A stretch of DNA of 64,000 nt from Candidatus Marinacidobacterales bacterium. Its GTDB lineage: Bacteria > Acidobacteriota > Vicinamibacteria > Marinacidobacterales > SMYC01. Below are positions 51,084-60,557 of this stretch, in pieces. A model generated the notes under the pieces. It was not told the origin of the DNA and searched no databases. It saw only the letters and a program-made list of their open reading frames with translations. Location: NCBI GenBank assembly GCA_965224085.1, contig CBDCYI010000009.1:576001-640000 (forward strand). The letters are read 5' to 3'. A program made the position numbers and the translations under genes. How positions within the stretch are numbered: the first letter of the stretch is position 1; the number at the start of each line of letters is the position of its first letter.

Positions 51084-52170
51084 GGCGTTGTTGCACGGCC
51101 CGGAGCAAATCGCTGACCTCCCTGTGCCGGTCGGAGAGTCACCCGGCGCAGTAAGTATCGGGCATGCCGAGCGCGGTCATCTTGTTGAGTATCTCGCACC
51201 CAATTCTGTGTTCAACTCGTTGCCTCGCCAACGTTCGAGCCCGCATCTCGGGCCCCATGATCGCCTTGTAACGATAGACCGCGTTCTCCACCATGCTTCG
51301 CTCGGTGCAGCCTGAGAGCTTGTACCATTCACGTCGGCCGTGTCTTTCGATGGCACGAATATGGCGGTCGCGTTCCCGCATGGCGGTGTTCGAATTCTGA
51401 CTGAGCGTGGCGTTTCGTTGCGGCGGAATCACCACGCGCGTCCTTCGTCCAGGGCTGTGCGCTTCGATGGCTTCGTAGACCGCTTCCTTGTCGTATGCAC
51501 TGTCCGCCGCCACCGACGCTATAGGTGCTTGAATCTGTGTTAGCAAAGGGGGGACTCGCGTTGCGTCGCGAGCTCGTGACGCCGTCAGTTCGGACGCAAC
51601 AATGTTGCCGGTCTTGCGATCAACGGCGATGTGCAACTTGCGCCAGGCGCGCTGCTTTGGCGGTTTGCGGGTGGTTCCAACATGAATCCTCAAGCCCGTG
51701 CTATCGATCATCAGGTGGATTGGTTGATTGCTTGCGGCTTTCCCAATCCGCAGCTTCTTGCGGAGCAGCCTCGACCGCCGACACAATGTCGAGTAGTCCG
51801 GGATCTCGATACACAGCCGGAGAAGCGAGGCGATCGAGTGCAAGAAGCCTTCGGTTTGGCGGTAGGCAAGCTTGTACACCATCCGGACAACCAGGCCCGT
51901 TTCAATCGCCATCTCTGAATAGACCCGTTGACCGCCAGGCTTACCGCTCTTGTCGGCCTTCCAGTTCGCGATTGCCTCCTCGTCAAACCAGACCGTCAAA
52001 TCGCCCCGGCGCCGCAGCCCTTCGTTGTATTCCGCCCAGTTGGAAACGTGGTACTTCTTCTGCTTCGCGTGCTTGTACTGGCTGCGCTTGGGATACTTCA
52101 TGGTCGAACATTACCTCGGCCACCACCATAGGTAGATTTCGCGCTCAGCCAAGAGCGGTGCAACAACGCC
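51084..52170 (-). mobile_element. IS5 family (IS903-like) element, type A
   Basis: IRs GGCGTTGTTGCAC / GTGCAACAACGCC; no TSD seen. Confidence 0.9.
51139..52101 (-). CDS. IS5-family transposase
   Basis: NWAEYNEGLRRRGDLTVW, IDSTGL, WRKLH and ADSAYD motifs. Confidence 0.93.
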   Translation of the reverse strand: MKYPKRSQYKHAKQKKYHVSNWAEYNEGLRRRGDLTVWFDEEAIANWKADKSGKPGGQRVYSEMAIETGLVVRMVYKLAYRQTEGFLHSIASLLRLCIEIPDYSTLCRRSRLLRKKLRIGKAASNQPIHLMIDSTGLRIHVGTTRKPPKQRAWRKLHIAVDRKTGNIVASELTASRARDATRVPPLLTQIQAPIASVAADSAYDKEAVYEAIEAHSPGRRTRVVIPPQRNATLSQNSNTAMRERDRHIRAIERHGRREWYKLSGCTERSMVENAVYRYKAIMGPEMRARTLARQRVEHRIGCEILNKMTALGMPDTYCAG

Positions 52171-52340
52171 GCTCAGCGATGCGAGCGAGAGGGTTGGCGG
52201 CACAGAGAGTCGAGGCAAGGATCGGGTGCAAGATTCTCAACACCATGACGGCGCTCGGGATGCCTGATAGCGAGATGATCGGATGATGGGAGTCGGGGCC
52301 AAGCGAGCTCTCGGCCTCTATCGGAGTTGTGCACCGAGGC
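52171..52340 (+). mobile_element. 3' remnant of IS5 type B element
   Basis: Matches about 61473-61642 including the IR GAGTTGTGCACC(G)AGGC. Confidence 0.85.
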
Positions 52341-53001
52341 AGCGTCGTCTTGCAGCGAAGGCGAAGGTGTTGAGCAGGGATAGCCTGAATGAAATCGCGG
52401 ATCCGGTGACGCCGGACACGTTGTTACGCTGGTACACACGGCTCATCGCGAAGAAATACGACGGGAGCCAGAACCGAGGTCCAGGAAGGCCTCGCGTGGC
52501 AGAAACGATACGCGAACTGGTGGTCCGGATGGCGATGGAGAATTCGATCTGGGGCTATACGAGGATTTGCCGGGCTCTCCGCAATCTAGGCCATGACGTC
52601 AGCCGAAACACTGTGAAGCGCATCCTCGCGGAGCACGGAATTGAGCCCGCCCCAAAGCGCCGAAAGCGAATCCCGTGGAGTACGTTTCTGAAAGCTCATT
52701 GGGGAGCGATCGTGGTGACGGATTTCTTCACGGTAGAAGTACTGACCGCCCGTGGGTTAATTCGCTACTTCGTGCTTTTCGTCATCGACCTCAAGACGCG
52801 CCGCGTGGAGATCGCTGGCATCAGCCCTACGGCGAATGGATGACGCAGCTGGCGCGAAACCTGACCGATGTGCTTGATGGGTTTCTTCGAGACACCCGAT
52901 TTCTCATCCACGATCGCGACCCGCTGTTTTCAGCGACATTCCGCGCGAGAAGGGCCACTAATTAATGATGTCGTTCGGTCGAGTTTTGGCACAATACGGG
53001 G
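52341..53001 (+). pseudogene. rve-integrase fragment, frameshifted, with an element end
   Basis: [10 protein letters not shown]...WGYTRI...TDFFTVEV / WMTQLARNL...IHDRDPLF; end GAGTTTTGGCACAATACGGG. Confidence 0.85.
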
Positions 53002-53258
53002 TCGCCAGTTGGCATAGCGGGTCCCACCCTCCAAGGTTGCATCTGTCTGACCTCAGCTACTGGCATCCTAGTCCATGCACCCGGTCTTCTGAAAGCGCTT
53101 TGTCCTGGCCGGGCAAAGGGCGTAGGATCTAGCGAGCGGACGACTTGTGAACCCGCTGGTTCCCCAAGGGTCCGCGACCCGAGAGCGCGGGGCAGGCGCT
53201 TGTCACTCGGAATCGACCCGAATCGACCGAGTGCGTTGTCGTAGGGAAGGGAGTTGCC

Positions 53259-54425
53259 ATGTCATCGTTACGAGCCGTGAAGTCCGTGTTGTTTGTCTGC
53301 ACCGTGTTCCTGCTGGCCGGCTGCGCGTCGGAATCAGAGGCTCCGGAGGCTACGGCGGAGCCGCCGGCGATGCCCACCGGTAACCCAATCACTGGAGAAG
53401 GGCTGCCGAACCCGGCCCCGACCGTGACGACGAACTGGGGTACGCTGCCCGAGGGGCGAGAGTGGGGCTCGACCGCCGGTATCGACATCGCTCCGATCGA
53501 CGGGCACATCTGGGCGTATGAGCGCTGCGGCGCGGGCACGTTCGGTGCCGGGACTCCCGTCAACTGCGACAACAACCCGGTGGACCCGATCTTCAAGTTC
53601 GACCGAAACACCGGCGAGGTGCTCGCCAACTTCGGCGGCGGCGTCATGGTCACCCCGCACGGCATCCACGTCGACGCCGAAGGCAACGTCTGGGTGACGG
53701 ACTTCGCCGGGAACACCGAGGGGACGAAGGGGCATCAGGTGCACAAGTTCAGCCCCGACGGCGAGCTCCTGATGAGTCTCGGCACGCCGGGGCAGCCCGG
53801 CAGCGGCCCGAACCAATTCAACCAGCCCAACGACGTGATCACCGCGCCGAACGGGAACGTCTTCGTCGCCGACGGCCACAGCGGTCAGGGTATGACGACC
53901 TACCAGGCGATGCAGGAAGGCCTCGAGGCAGGGCAGACGGCCCGCATCCTCAAGTTCTCGCCAGACGGGACCTTCATCAAAGAGTGGGGCCAGATCGGCG
54001 TCCGGCACGGTGAGTTCCGGACGCCGCACGGGCTGGCCTTCGATTCGCAGGGTCGCCTCTGGGTCGCGGACCGCGCCAATCACCGCCTCGAGATCTTCGA
54101 CCAGGAGGGCAACTACCTCGAGTCGCGTTACGCGTACGGGCGCATCAGCGGCATCTTCATCAAAGACGACAAGGTGTACGCGATCGACTCCGAGTCGAGC
54201 CCGACCAACCACCCGAACTGGCGGAACGGTGTCCGCATCGGACCGGTGGACGGGGATTACATCACCGCCTTCATTCCGCCGTTCGAGCGTGAGAACAGGG
54301 TCTATCAGGGCACAGCGGGCGAGGGCGTCGCGGTCGACGTGGACGGCAACGTGTACGCCGCGGAAGGGCCGAACTCGCTGAGCTACGCCGGTGGCGCGTT
54401 TACCAAGTACTCGGTGGGCAGGTAG
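53259..54425 (+). CDS. NHL-repeat lipoprotein (peptidyl-alpha-hydroxyglycine alpha-amidating lyase-like)
   Basis: Lipobox LAGC; PHGIHVD, FNQPNDV, VADGH, FRTPHGLAFD, VADRANHR repeats. Confidence 0.9.
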   Translation: MSSLRAVKSVLFVCTVFLLAGCASESEAPEATAEPPAMPTGNPITGEGLPNPAPTVTTNWGTLPEGREWGSTAGIDIAPIDGHIWAYERCGAGTFGAGTPVNCDNNPVDPIFKFDRNTGEVLANFGGGVMVTPHGIHVDAEGNVWVTDFAGNTEGTKGHQVHKFSPDGELLMSLGTPGQPGSGPNQFNQPNDVITAPNGNVFVADGHSGQGMTTYQAMQEGLEAGQTARILKFSPDGTFIKEWGQIGVRHGEFRTPHGLAFDSQGRLWVADRANHRLEIFDQEGNYLESRYAYGRISGIFIKDDKVYAIDSESSPTNHPNWRNGVRIGPVDGDYITAFIPPFERENRVYQGTAGEGVAVDVDGNVYAAEGPNSLSYAGGAFTKYSVGR

Positions 54426-54647
54426 TAGCCCGGGCCCGCGGGTGCTTCCGCTATTAAGTGTTGGGAGTATGGTGCTAAGGCTTTTGGTTACAACAAATTA
54501 CAGCCCAATTAGCGCTCGTTACCTTTGCTGCGCGCCAAATCGGGCGTAAGCGCATTTCTTGCAAGAGGATGCATGCCATCACCAACGGTATTGTCAAGTT
54601 GACGTTGAGCGAGCGAACCTATTGCGTCGAGCTGACTTCCTTTGCTC

Positions 54648-55352
54648 TCATCGGACGGCACAGGTTACCTCCTGCCAGACGATGAAAGCGCGGTCTCGTA
54701 GCTCCCGATGATGATGCGCTTGCAACAAATGCCGTCCGACGCGAAAGAGGTTTTGCACGAGTCCATGCACGGTCAAGAATCGTTGCGCCTGCCCAGGAGC
54801 TTTAAACTTCCGCATCTGTCGTTCCCGTTGTCGCGTCGGTTCGTGCGAGACTTCGGCTAGGTTGTTTCTGTACTGGTCAGTGTCGTGGACGACGGACGGC
54901 ATGACCTCGCGGTGAGCGGCACTGTAGCTTCTCAGTTTGTCGGTGACCAGCTGCCAGGGCGGACGGCCTTGCCCTTTCAACAGCTTGCGGAAGAATCGTT
55001 TGGCGGCTTTCTGATCACGGCGAGGCTGGACGAGGATATCAATCACATCACCATCTTGGTCTACCGCGCGCCAGAGGTATTGGCGTTCGCCTTGTATCTT
55101 TATGAAGACCTCGTCCAGGAGCCACGTGTCACCAAGGCGACCCTGCCGACGCTTCAGTCGCCGAGCGTATTCCGGCCCGAACTTGATGCACCAAAGTCGG
55201 ATCGCTTCGTAGGAAACCGTGATGCCTCGCTGAGCAAGCAGCTCTTCGACGTTTCGAAAGCTCACGCAGAATCGGTGGTAGAGCCAGACGGCGTGGCTGA
55301 TGATTTCCGGTGGAAATCGATAGCCGTGGTAGCTTGGCGCATCGGTCTTCAT
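54648..55352 (-). CDS. IS6-family transposase (234 aa)
   Basis: YRFPPEIISHAVWLY, LDEVF, LWRAVDQDG, VTDKL, NNLAEVSH motifs. Confidence 0.95.
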   Translation of the reverse strand: MKTDAPSYHGYRFPPEIISHAVWLYHRFCVSFRNVEELLAQRGITVSYEAIRLWCIKFGPEYARRLKRRQGRLGDTWLLDEVFIKIQGERQYLWRAVDQDGDVIDILVQPRRDQKAAKRFFRKLLKGQGRPPWQLVTDKLRSYSAAHREVMPSVVHDTDQYRNNLAEVSHEPTRQRERQMRKFKAPGQAQRFLTVHGLVQNLFRVGRHLLQAHHHRELRDRAFIVWQEVTCAVR

Positions 55353-55386
55353 TGGACCATTCTGTCAGTCACCAGCTCAATTTGAC

Positions 55387-55454
55387 AGCAATGGCACCGC
55401 CCGTGCGGGCGGAGGTCATCGGGGAGTGACCGAAATCGTTCGTTCACTCGAAAG
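55387..55454 (+). mobile_element. Miniature non-autonomous IS110 derivative in the IS6 IR
   Basis: AG cores at 55387-55388 and 55453-55454; first 43 bp are 37/43 identical to the IS110 left end (973-1015); last 11 bp are 10/11 identical to its right end. Confidence 0.8.
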
Positions 55455-55474
55455 TACCCTTCGCGGGAAGTGTG

Positions 55475-55628
55475 CAGGAGCGTGTAGTGCGGGAAAGCCG
55501 CACGCTGCGTGCGATGTGGCGGGGGCTGGAAACGGACTTACGGTGCGGCTAGTGAGGCACTCCCACAGGAAACGGGGAGAAACAGATAGGCCGCGCCTAC
55601 GGAGCACCGCGCCAGCCCTCGACCCTAC
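55475..55628 (+). mobile_element. Group II intron 3' remnant (domains V-VI)
   Basis: GAGCGTGTAGTGCGGGAAAGCCGCACGCTGCGTGCGATGTGGCGGG...CGACCCTAC; 5' part removed by IS6. Confidence 0.78.
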
Positions 55629-55752
55629 CGGGAGCGTAAGCGCCTCTTTTGCAAAGGGATGCGTACACATCACCAACAGTAAACAGCGCAAGCACCAGCA
55701 CCGGCCATCGTGCCTCTCTCCTATCCTAGGAGGGCACCGTTCACGATTTTAC

Positions 55753-55810
55753 TTGACCGACCGACTTAGTCAGACGTAGGATCCTTAAAGTGGTAATGAA
55801 ATTCAATTTC
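55753..55810 (+). promoter_or_regulatory. Putative sigma70 promoter and Fur box
   Basis: TTGACC-18bp-TAGGAT; GGTAATGAAATTCAATTTC (55792-55810) matches GATAATGATAATCATTATC at 14/19; upstream of a TonB-dependent receptor gene. Confidence 0.6.
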
Positions 55811-56063
55811 AACAGTGCCCAATTGCTGCAGAGACGCCGGGCACACGCTCTACAGAGACGTCGCCTGTTACGAACGAACGGTGGAGAGGCTGATGAAGTG
55901 TTCTAAACCCTGAGGCAAAAAACGCTCGCCGGATGTTGCCACACCCGGCGAGCTTGCACGAACGCACGGTCCACAAACCTAATCACACATGAAGATGCGC
56001 GACAACGCTCGCTCACTGCATTTTAGCGGCGAGAGGGTGTGGCGCGCAACTAAGAGGAGTGCC

Positions 56064-57346
56064 ATGACTCATATCGCTCGGCTTCTATTGTGCTCGACCC
56101 TCTTTCTCTCACCCGTCGGCTCGACGCTCGCTGCAGCGGCTGATGAGCAACTCGGCGTGTTGGTCGTGGCTCATGGCTCGACGGCGGCGTGGAATGCCAA
56201 CGTCGAAGCCGTGGGGACGATTATTCAACAACACATGCCATCTAAAGCGGCGTACCTGATGGGTGCGAAGAACCGCACACCGCAGGAGGCGTACGACGAA
56301 CTGGTCGCGGCTGGTGTCCAGCGGATTGTCGTCGTGCCGCTCCTGGTGTCTTCCTACAACTCGCACTACGAACAGGTCCGCTTCATTGGCCGCCTTCGCG
56401 ACGATTACCCGGGCTCCGAACGGATGAAACTCACGCCGCTGCACGGGCCTGCTGACGTTGTCGACGTTACGCCGGCGCTTGATGCAGATCCGATCCTCGC
56501 TGACATCTTGTCCGACCGGGCGCGTGCGCTCAGTCGTGACCCATCCACGGAAAGCCTCGTCATCGTGGCACACGGGCCGAACAGCGCCGCAGACGCAGAC
56601 CGGTGGATGGACGTGATCCGAGAACTTGGTGTCCAAATCCTGTCCCTCGTGCCGTTTAAGGAGGTCGACGTCCGCCTCTTGCGGGACGATGCGCCCACAC
56701 CGGTCAAAGACCAGGCGCTCGCGGAGCTCAGACACTCGGTGGCCAACCGTTCAGCGTCGGGGCGGGTCGTCGTCGTGCCGCTCTTGCTCGGGCCGGGACG
56801 CGTCGTCGACCAGATACCCAATGTACTCACTGGATTGGATTACCTCTGGGACGGTCGACCCGTGCTCCCGGACAGCCGGATCGCTGACTGGGTCATGTTC
56901 CAGGTCGAGCATGTATCGGCGCAGCAAGATGCAGCCAGCCGGCAGTCGACAGATGATTTGCTGACTTTCTTCGATTCCGTGACCGTGACCGCGACGCTCC
57001 GGCCGTCGCCGGTACGGGAGATCCCCGGCATGGTGACGGTCGTCGACAGCGAGGTCATTCAGGCGAGGCTATTCGAGAACCTGTCTGATCTCGTCAAGTA
57101 CGAACCCGGGGTGTACATCGAAAACAATATGACCCGTCTTGGTCTCAACGGATTCAACATCCGCGGCATCGGAAGGGATCGCGTGATGACGCAGGTGGAC
57201 GGCATTCAGACGTCGGAGCAGTTCGACTTCGGGCCTTTCAGCGTGCATCAGCTGGCGCTCGATCTCGATGCGTTGAAATCCGTCGAGATCGTGCGGAGTT
57301 CCAACTCGGCGCTCTACGGCAGCGATGCCCTCGGCGGCGTGGTGTT
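56064..57346 (+). pseudogene. Secreted CbiX/SirB-type chelatase fused to a TonB-dependent receptor plug; truncated by IS5
   Basis: GAGGAG SD, signal peptide, LVVAHGS...IVVVPLLVS...SH, IVAHGP...VVVVPLLL; then DSVTVTAT, YEPGV, FNIRGIG, VEIVRSSNSALYGSDALGGVV. Confidence 0.85.
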
Positions 57347-58431
57347 GCCTTGGTGCACAACTCCGATAGAGGCCGAGAGCTCGCTTGGCCCCGACTCCCA
57401 TCACCCGATCATCTCGCTATCAGGCATCCCGAGCGCCGTCATGGTGTTGAGAATCTTGCACCCGATCCTTGCCTCGACTCTCTGTGCCGCCAACCCTCTC
57501 GCTCGCATCGCTGAGCCCACGATAGCCTTGTAGCGATGGAACGTTGTCTCGACTTTGCTCCGTTTGCTGTAGCCCGATTCTGTGTGCCACTTTCGTTTGC
57601 CGAGCCGAGCTTGTGCTGCAATGTTGCGATTGCGCTGTCGGCTGCTCGCCGGCCCCGATGCGAGCAGGGCGCCCTTGCGCGGCGGTATCAGCACCCTCGG
57701 CGAGCGATGAGCGCTGTGATTCTCGATTGCCTCATAGACGCCGCTGGCGTCGTATGCGGTGTCAGCTCTGGCCGATGAGATGGGACTGTCGCTCTGTCCG
57801 ACAAGCGATGCAACCCGCGATGAATCGCGGGCTCTTTTGCTCGTCAGCTCGCCGGCGACGACTTCGCCAGTCTGCTCGTCGACACACAGATGGAGCTTGC
57901 GATAGTCCCTGCTCTTTTGTGCTCTGCGCAGCTGGCCGGCGTGGACAGCGAGACCGCTGCTGTCGATCAAGATGTGCAACGGCGTCTTCTGCTTGTCTTG
58001 GTAGAAGGGGACCTTACCCAGCTTCGCCTTGCGCCTCGAAATCGTGGTGTGATCGGGCACATCATTGTCTAGCTTCATCAGAGCGAACAACGACCGCAGC
58101 AATCCCTCGCTCTGCCTAGATGACAGATGAAACACCATGCCCAGGGTGACAGCCGTCTCGATGGCGTGGTTCGAGTACTTGCGTTGACGGCCCGGTTTCC
58201 TCCTCCTCGGCCGGGGCGCGTCCCAGTTCACAAGCTTGCCGGCGGTGAGCGAGATCCAGACGGTCAGGCTCCCACGGTTGCGTAGACCCGCCTCATATTC
58301 ACGCCAATTCCTCACGCGATAGGCCTTCTTCACATACTTCCGCTGAGTGCGTTTGAAAATGCTCATGGGGAACCTCGAATCCGTGAGTAAAGGACAATTG
58401 TGGACCGAGATCGCGAGTTGTGCACCAAGGC
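57347..58431 (-). mobile_element. IS5 family element, type B
   Basis: IRs GCCTTGGTGCACAACTC / GAGTTGTGCACCAAGGC. Confidence 0.9.
57401..58366 (-). CDS. IS5-family transposase
   Basis: YRVRNWREYEAGLRNRGSLTVW, IDSSGL, RKLH and ADTAYD motifs. Confidence 0.93.
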   Translation of the reverse strand: MSIFKRTQRKYVKKAYRVRNWREYEAGLRNRGSLTVWISLTAGKLVNWDAPRPRRRKPGRQRKYSNHAIETAVTLGMVFHLSSRQSEGLLRSLFALMKLDNDVPDHTTISRRKAKLGKVPFYQDKQKTPLHILIDSSGLAVHAGQLRRAQKSRDYRKLHLCVDEQTGEVVAGELTSKRARDSSRVASLVGQSDSPISSARADTAYDASGVYEAIENHSAHRSPRVLIPPRKGALLASGPASSRQRNRNIAAQARLGKRKWHTESGYSKRSKVETTFHRYKAIVGSAMRARGLAAQRVEARIGCKILNTMTALGMPDSEMIG

Positions 58432-58674
58432 AACACATTGATGATGCTGTGGATCTACGTTAACGAGGTCAACAAGATGCTCGCATGGAACAACTTTAAC
58501 CTCCTGAATTACCTACCGCCATTGGCCTTCTTCATAAGCAGGGATGGTGTTGACAATTAGGTGGTGCGGACTCCAATTATTTCCGTTTCGTCCATTAACC
58601 CCAATGGTTGGTGTATGACCAACGCATAGTGTAGGGTAGAAGGTGTATATTTTATTCTACCTGGAGAGATGGTG

Positions 58675-58932
58675 ATGGGCCTCAACATCAAGAATGACGA
58701 AACCTGTCAACTTGCTGGCGAACTGGCGCGGTTGACTGGCGAGACCATGACTGGCGCGATTACCGTCGCGCTGCGCGAACGCCTCGAGCGCGAGAAACGC
58801 GAGCGCAGCATCGAGGCTCGAGTTCAAGAACTGCGTGCCATCGCAAAGCGCTGTGCCAAGCTGCTGGGCCCGGGACCCTCGGCCGTGGAGCATGGCGATG
58901 TGCTCTACGACGAGCGAGGATTGCCCAAGTGA
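58675..58932 (+). CDS. vapB: Type II antitoxin (Rv0623-like)
   Basis: MGLNIKN...LAGELARLTGETMTGAI...LYDERGLP. Confidence 0.9.
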   Translation: MGLNIKNDETCQLAGELARLTGETMTGAITVALRERLEREKRERSIEARVQELRAIAKRCAKLLGPGPSAVEHGDVLYDERGLPK

Positions 58933-59315
58933 TCGTCGATAGCTCGGCGGTGCTCGCCGTTCTGTACCGCGAGCCGGACGCGGAACGCTACGAGACGGCG
59001 ATCGCCGCTGCCCTGAATTGCCGCATGTCGGTCGCCAATGTGCTGGAGGCATCCATCGTTGTGGAAGGCCGCGGCGGCGAAGCGGCGGGGCATGAACTCG
59101 ATGTGTTCCTGGACAAGGCCGGGATCGCGTTGACGCCGGTCATGGTCGAACATATTGAAGCAGCCCGCTTGGCTTGGCGGCGCTTCGGCAAGGGCAATCA
59201 CCAGGCGGCGCTGAATTTCGGTGACTGTTTCGCCTACGCGCTCGCGAAAACGACGGGTGAGCCGCTCCTGTTCAAGGGCAAGGACTTCGCCCAAACAGAT
59301 ATCGAGCCGGCATGA
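58929..59315 (+). CDS. vapC: PIN-domain toxin
   Basis: MIVDSSA, FGKGNHQAALNFGDCFAYA, LLFKGKDF; GTGA overlap with vapB. Confidence 0.95.
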   Translation: MIVDSSAVLAVLYREPDAERYETAIAAALNCRMSVANVLEASIVVEGRGGEAAGHELDVFLDKAGIALTPVMVEHIEAARLAWRRFGKGNHQAALNFGDCFAYALAKTTGEPLLFKGKDFAQTDIEPA

Positions 59316-59740
59316 GCGAAAGCCCAGATTATAGCTTCCCTGCCTTGGCGGGCCGCGCGTGCTGGCAGCGCAGGATCTGAACGAGCTGGTCGCGGAACTC
59401 GCCTCGCGACCCGGAGAGACATCGTTTGCTGGCCGCTAAATTAGCGGCGGGCCGAGGTTATCCGCGCCTTGCGCAAGCCGCTTCAAATCCTCGGCCAACG
59501 CTTCGGTCCGCCCCAGCGGCGACTTCCGGAGCCTGTCCCCTTGCTACACGACCAGCTTGTTTTTTGTACAGTGAGTTGTTTGAGTTCCTTGTCCGGTTTC
59601 GTTATTTGTCCCCTTAGAGTTGTTCGAGGTCTGACCGGCGAATCCGCCACCCGCCGGCCTTGATTGCCTTGATTGCCTTGATTTTCCCGCTCTTAATTTC
59701 CCGCACCAGCCACGCTTTAGGCATTCTGCGCCCGAAGGGT

Positions 59741-60557
59741 GGCGTTGTTGCACCGCTCTTGGCTGAGCGCGAAATCTACCCTATGGTGGTGGCCGAGGTA
59801 ATGTTCGACCATGAAGTATCCCAAGCGCAGCCAGTACAAACACGCGAAACAGAAGAAGTACCACGTTTCCAACTGGGCGGAATACAACGAAGGGCTGCGC
59901 CGCCGGGGCGATTTGACGGTTTGGTTTGACGAGGAGGCAATCGCGAACTGGAAGGCCGACAAGAGCGGTAAGCTTGGCGGTCAACGGGTCTATTCAGAGA
60001 TGGCGATTGAAACGGGCCTGGTTGTCCGGATGGTGTACAAGCTTGCCTACCGCCAAACCGAAGGCTTCTTGCACTCGATCGCCTCGCTTCTCCGGCTGTG
60101 TATCGAGATCCCGGACTACTCGACGTTGTGTCGGCGGTCGAGGCTGCTCCGCAAGAAGCTGCGGATTCGGAAAGCCGCAAGCAATCAACCAATCCACCTG
60201 ATGATCGATAGCACGGGCTTGAGGATTCATGTTGGAACCACCCGCAAACCGCCAAAGCAGCGCGCCTGGCGCAAGTTGCACATCGCCGTTGATCGCAAGA
60301 CCGGCAACATTGTTGCGTCCGAACTGACGGTGTCACGAGCTCGCGACGCAACGCGAGTCCCCCCTTTGCTAACACAGATTCAAGCACCTATAGCGTCGGT
60401 GGCGGCGGACAGTGCATACGACAAGGAAGCGGTCTACGAAGCCATCGAAGCGCACAGCCCTGAACGAAGGACGCGCGTGGTGATTCCGCCGCAACGAAAC
60501 GCCACGCTCAGTCAGAATTCGAACACCGCAATGCGGGAACGCGACCGCCATATTCGT
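59741..60557 (+). mobile_element. IS5 type A element with 3'-truncated transposase (from 59811)
   Basis: Near-identical to 51084-52170; cut by the type B element. Confidence 0.9.

Larger units (their letters stand above)
54587..55458 (-). mobile_element. IS6-family element (806 bp without the 66-bp insert)
   Basis: IR GGTATTGTCAAGTTGA and interrupted IR TCAATTTGACAG|TACC. Confidence 0.9.

Noticed and set aside
55810-56060. Cobalamin riboswitch upstream of the chelatase-receptor gene
   Set aside because: No B12-box or GGGAA core recognised; only a CTCGCCGG/CCGGCGAG hairpin. The Fur box and plug type favour iron or haem.
59657-59683. GCCTTGATT x3 short repeat
   Set aside because: Too short and without context to assign a function.
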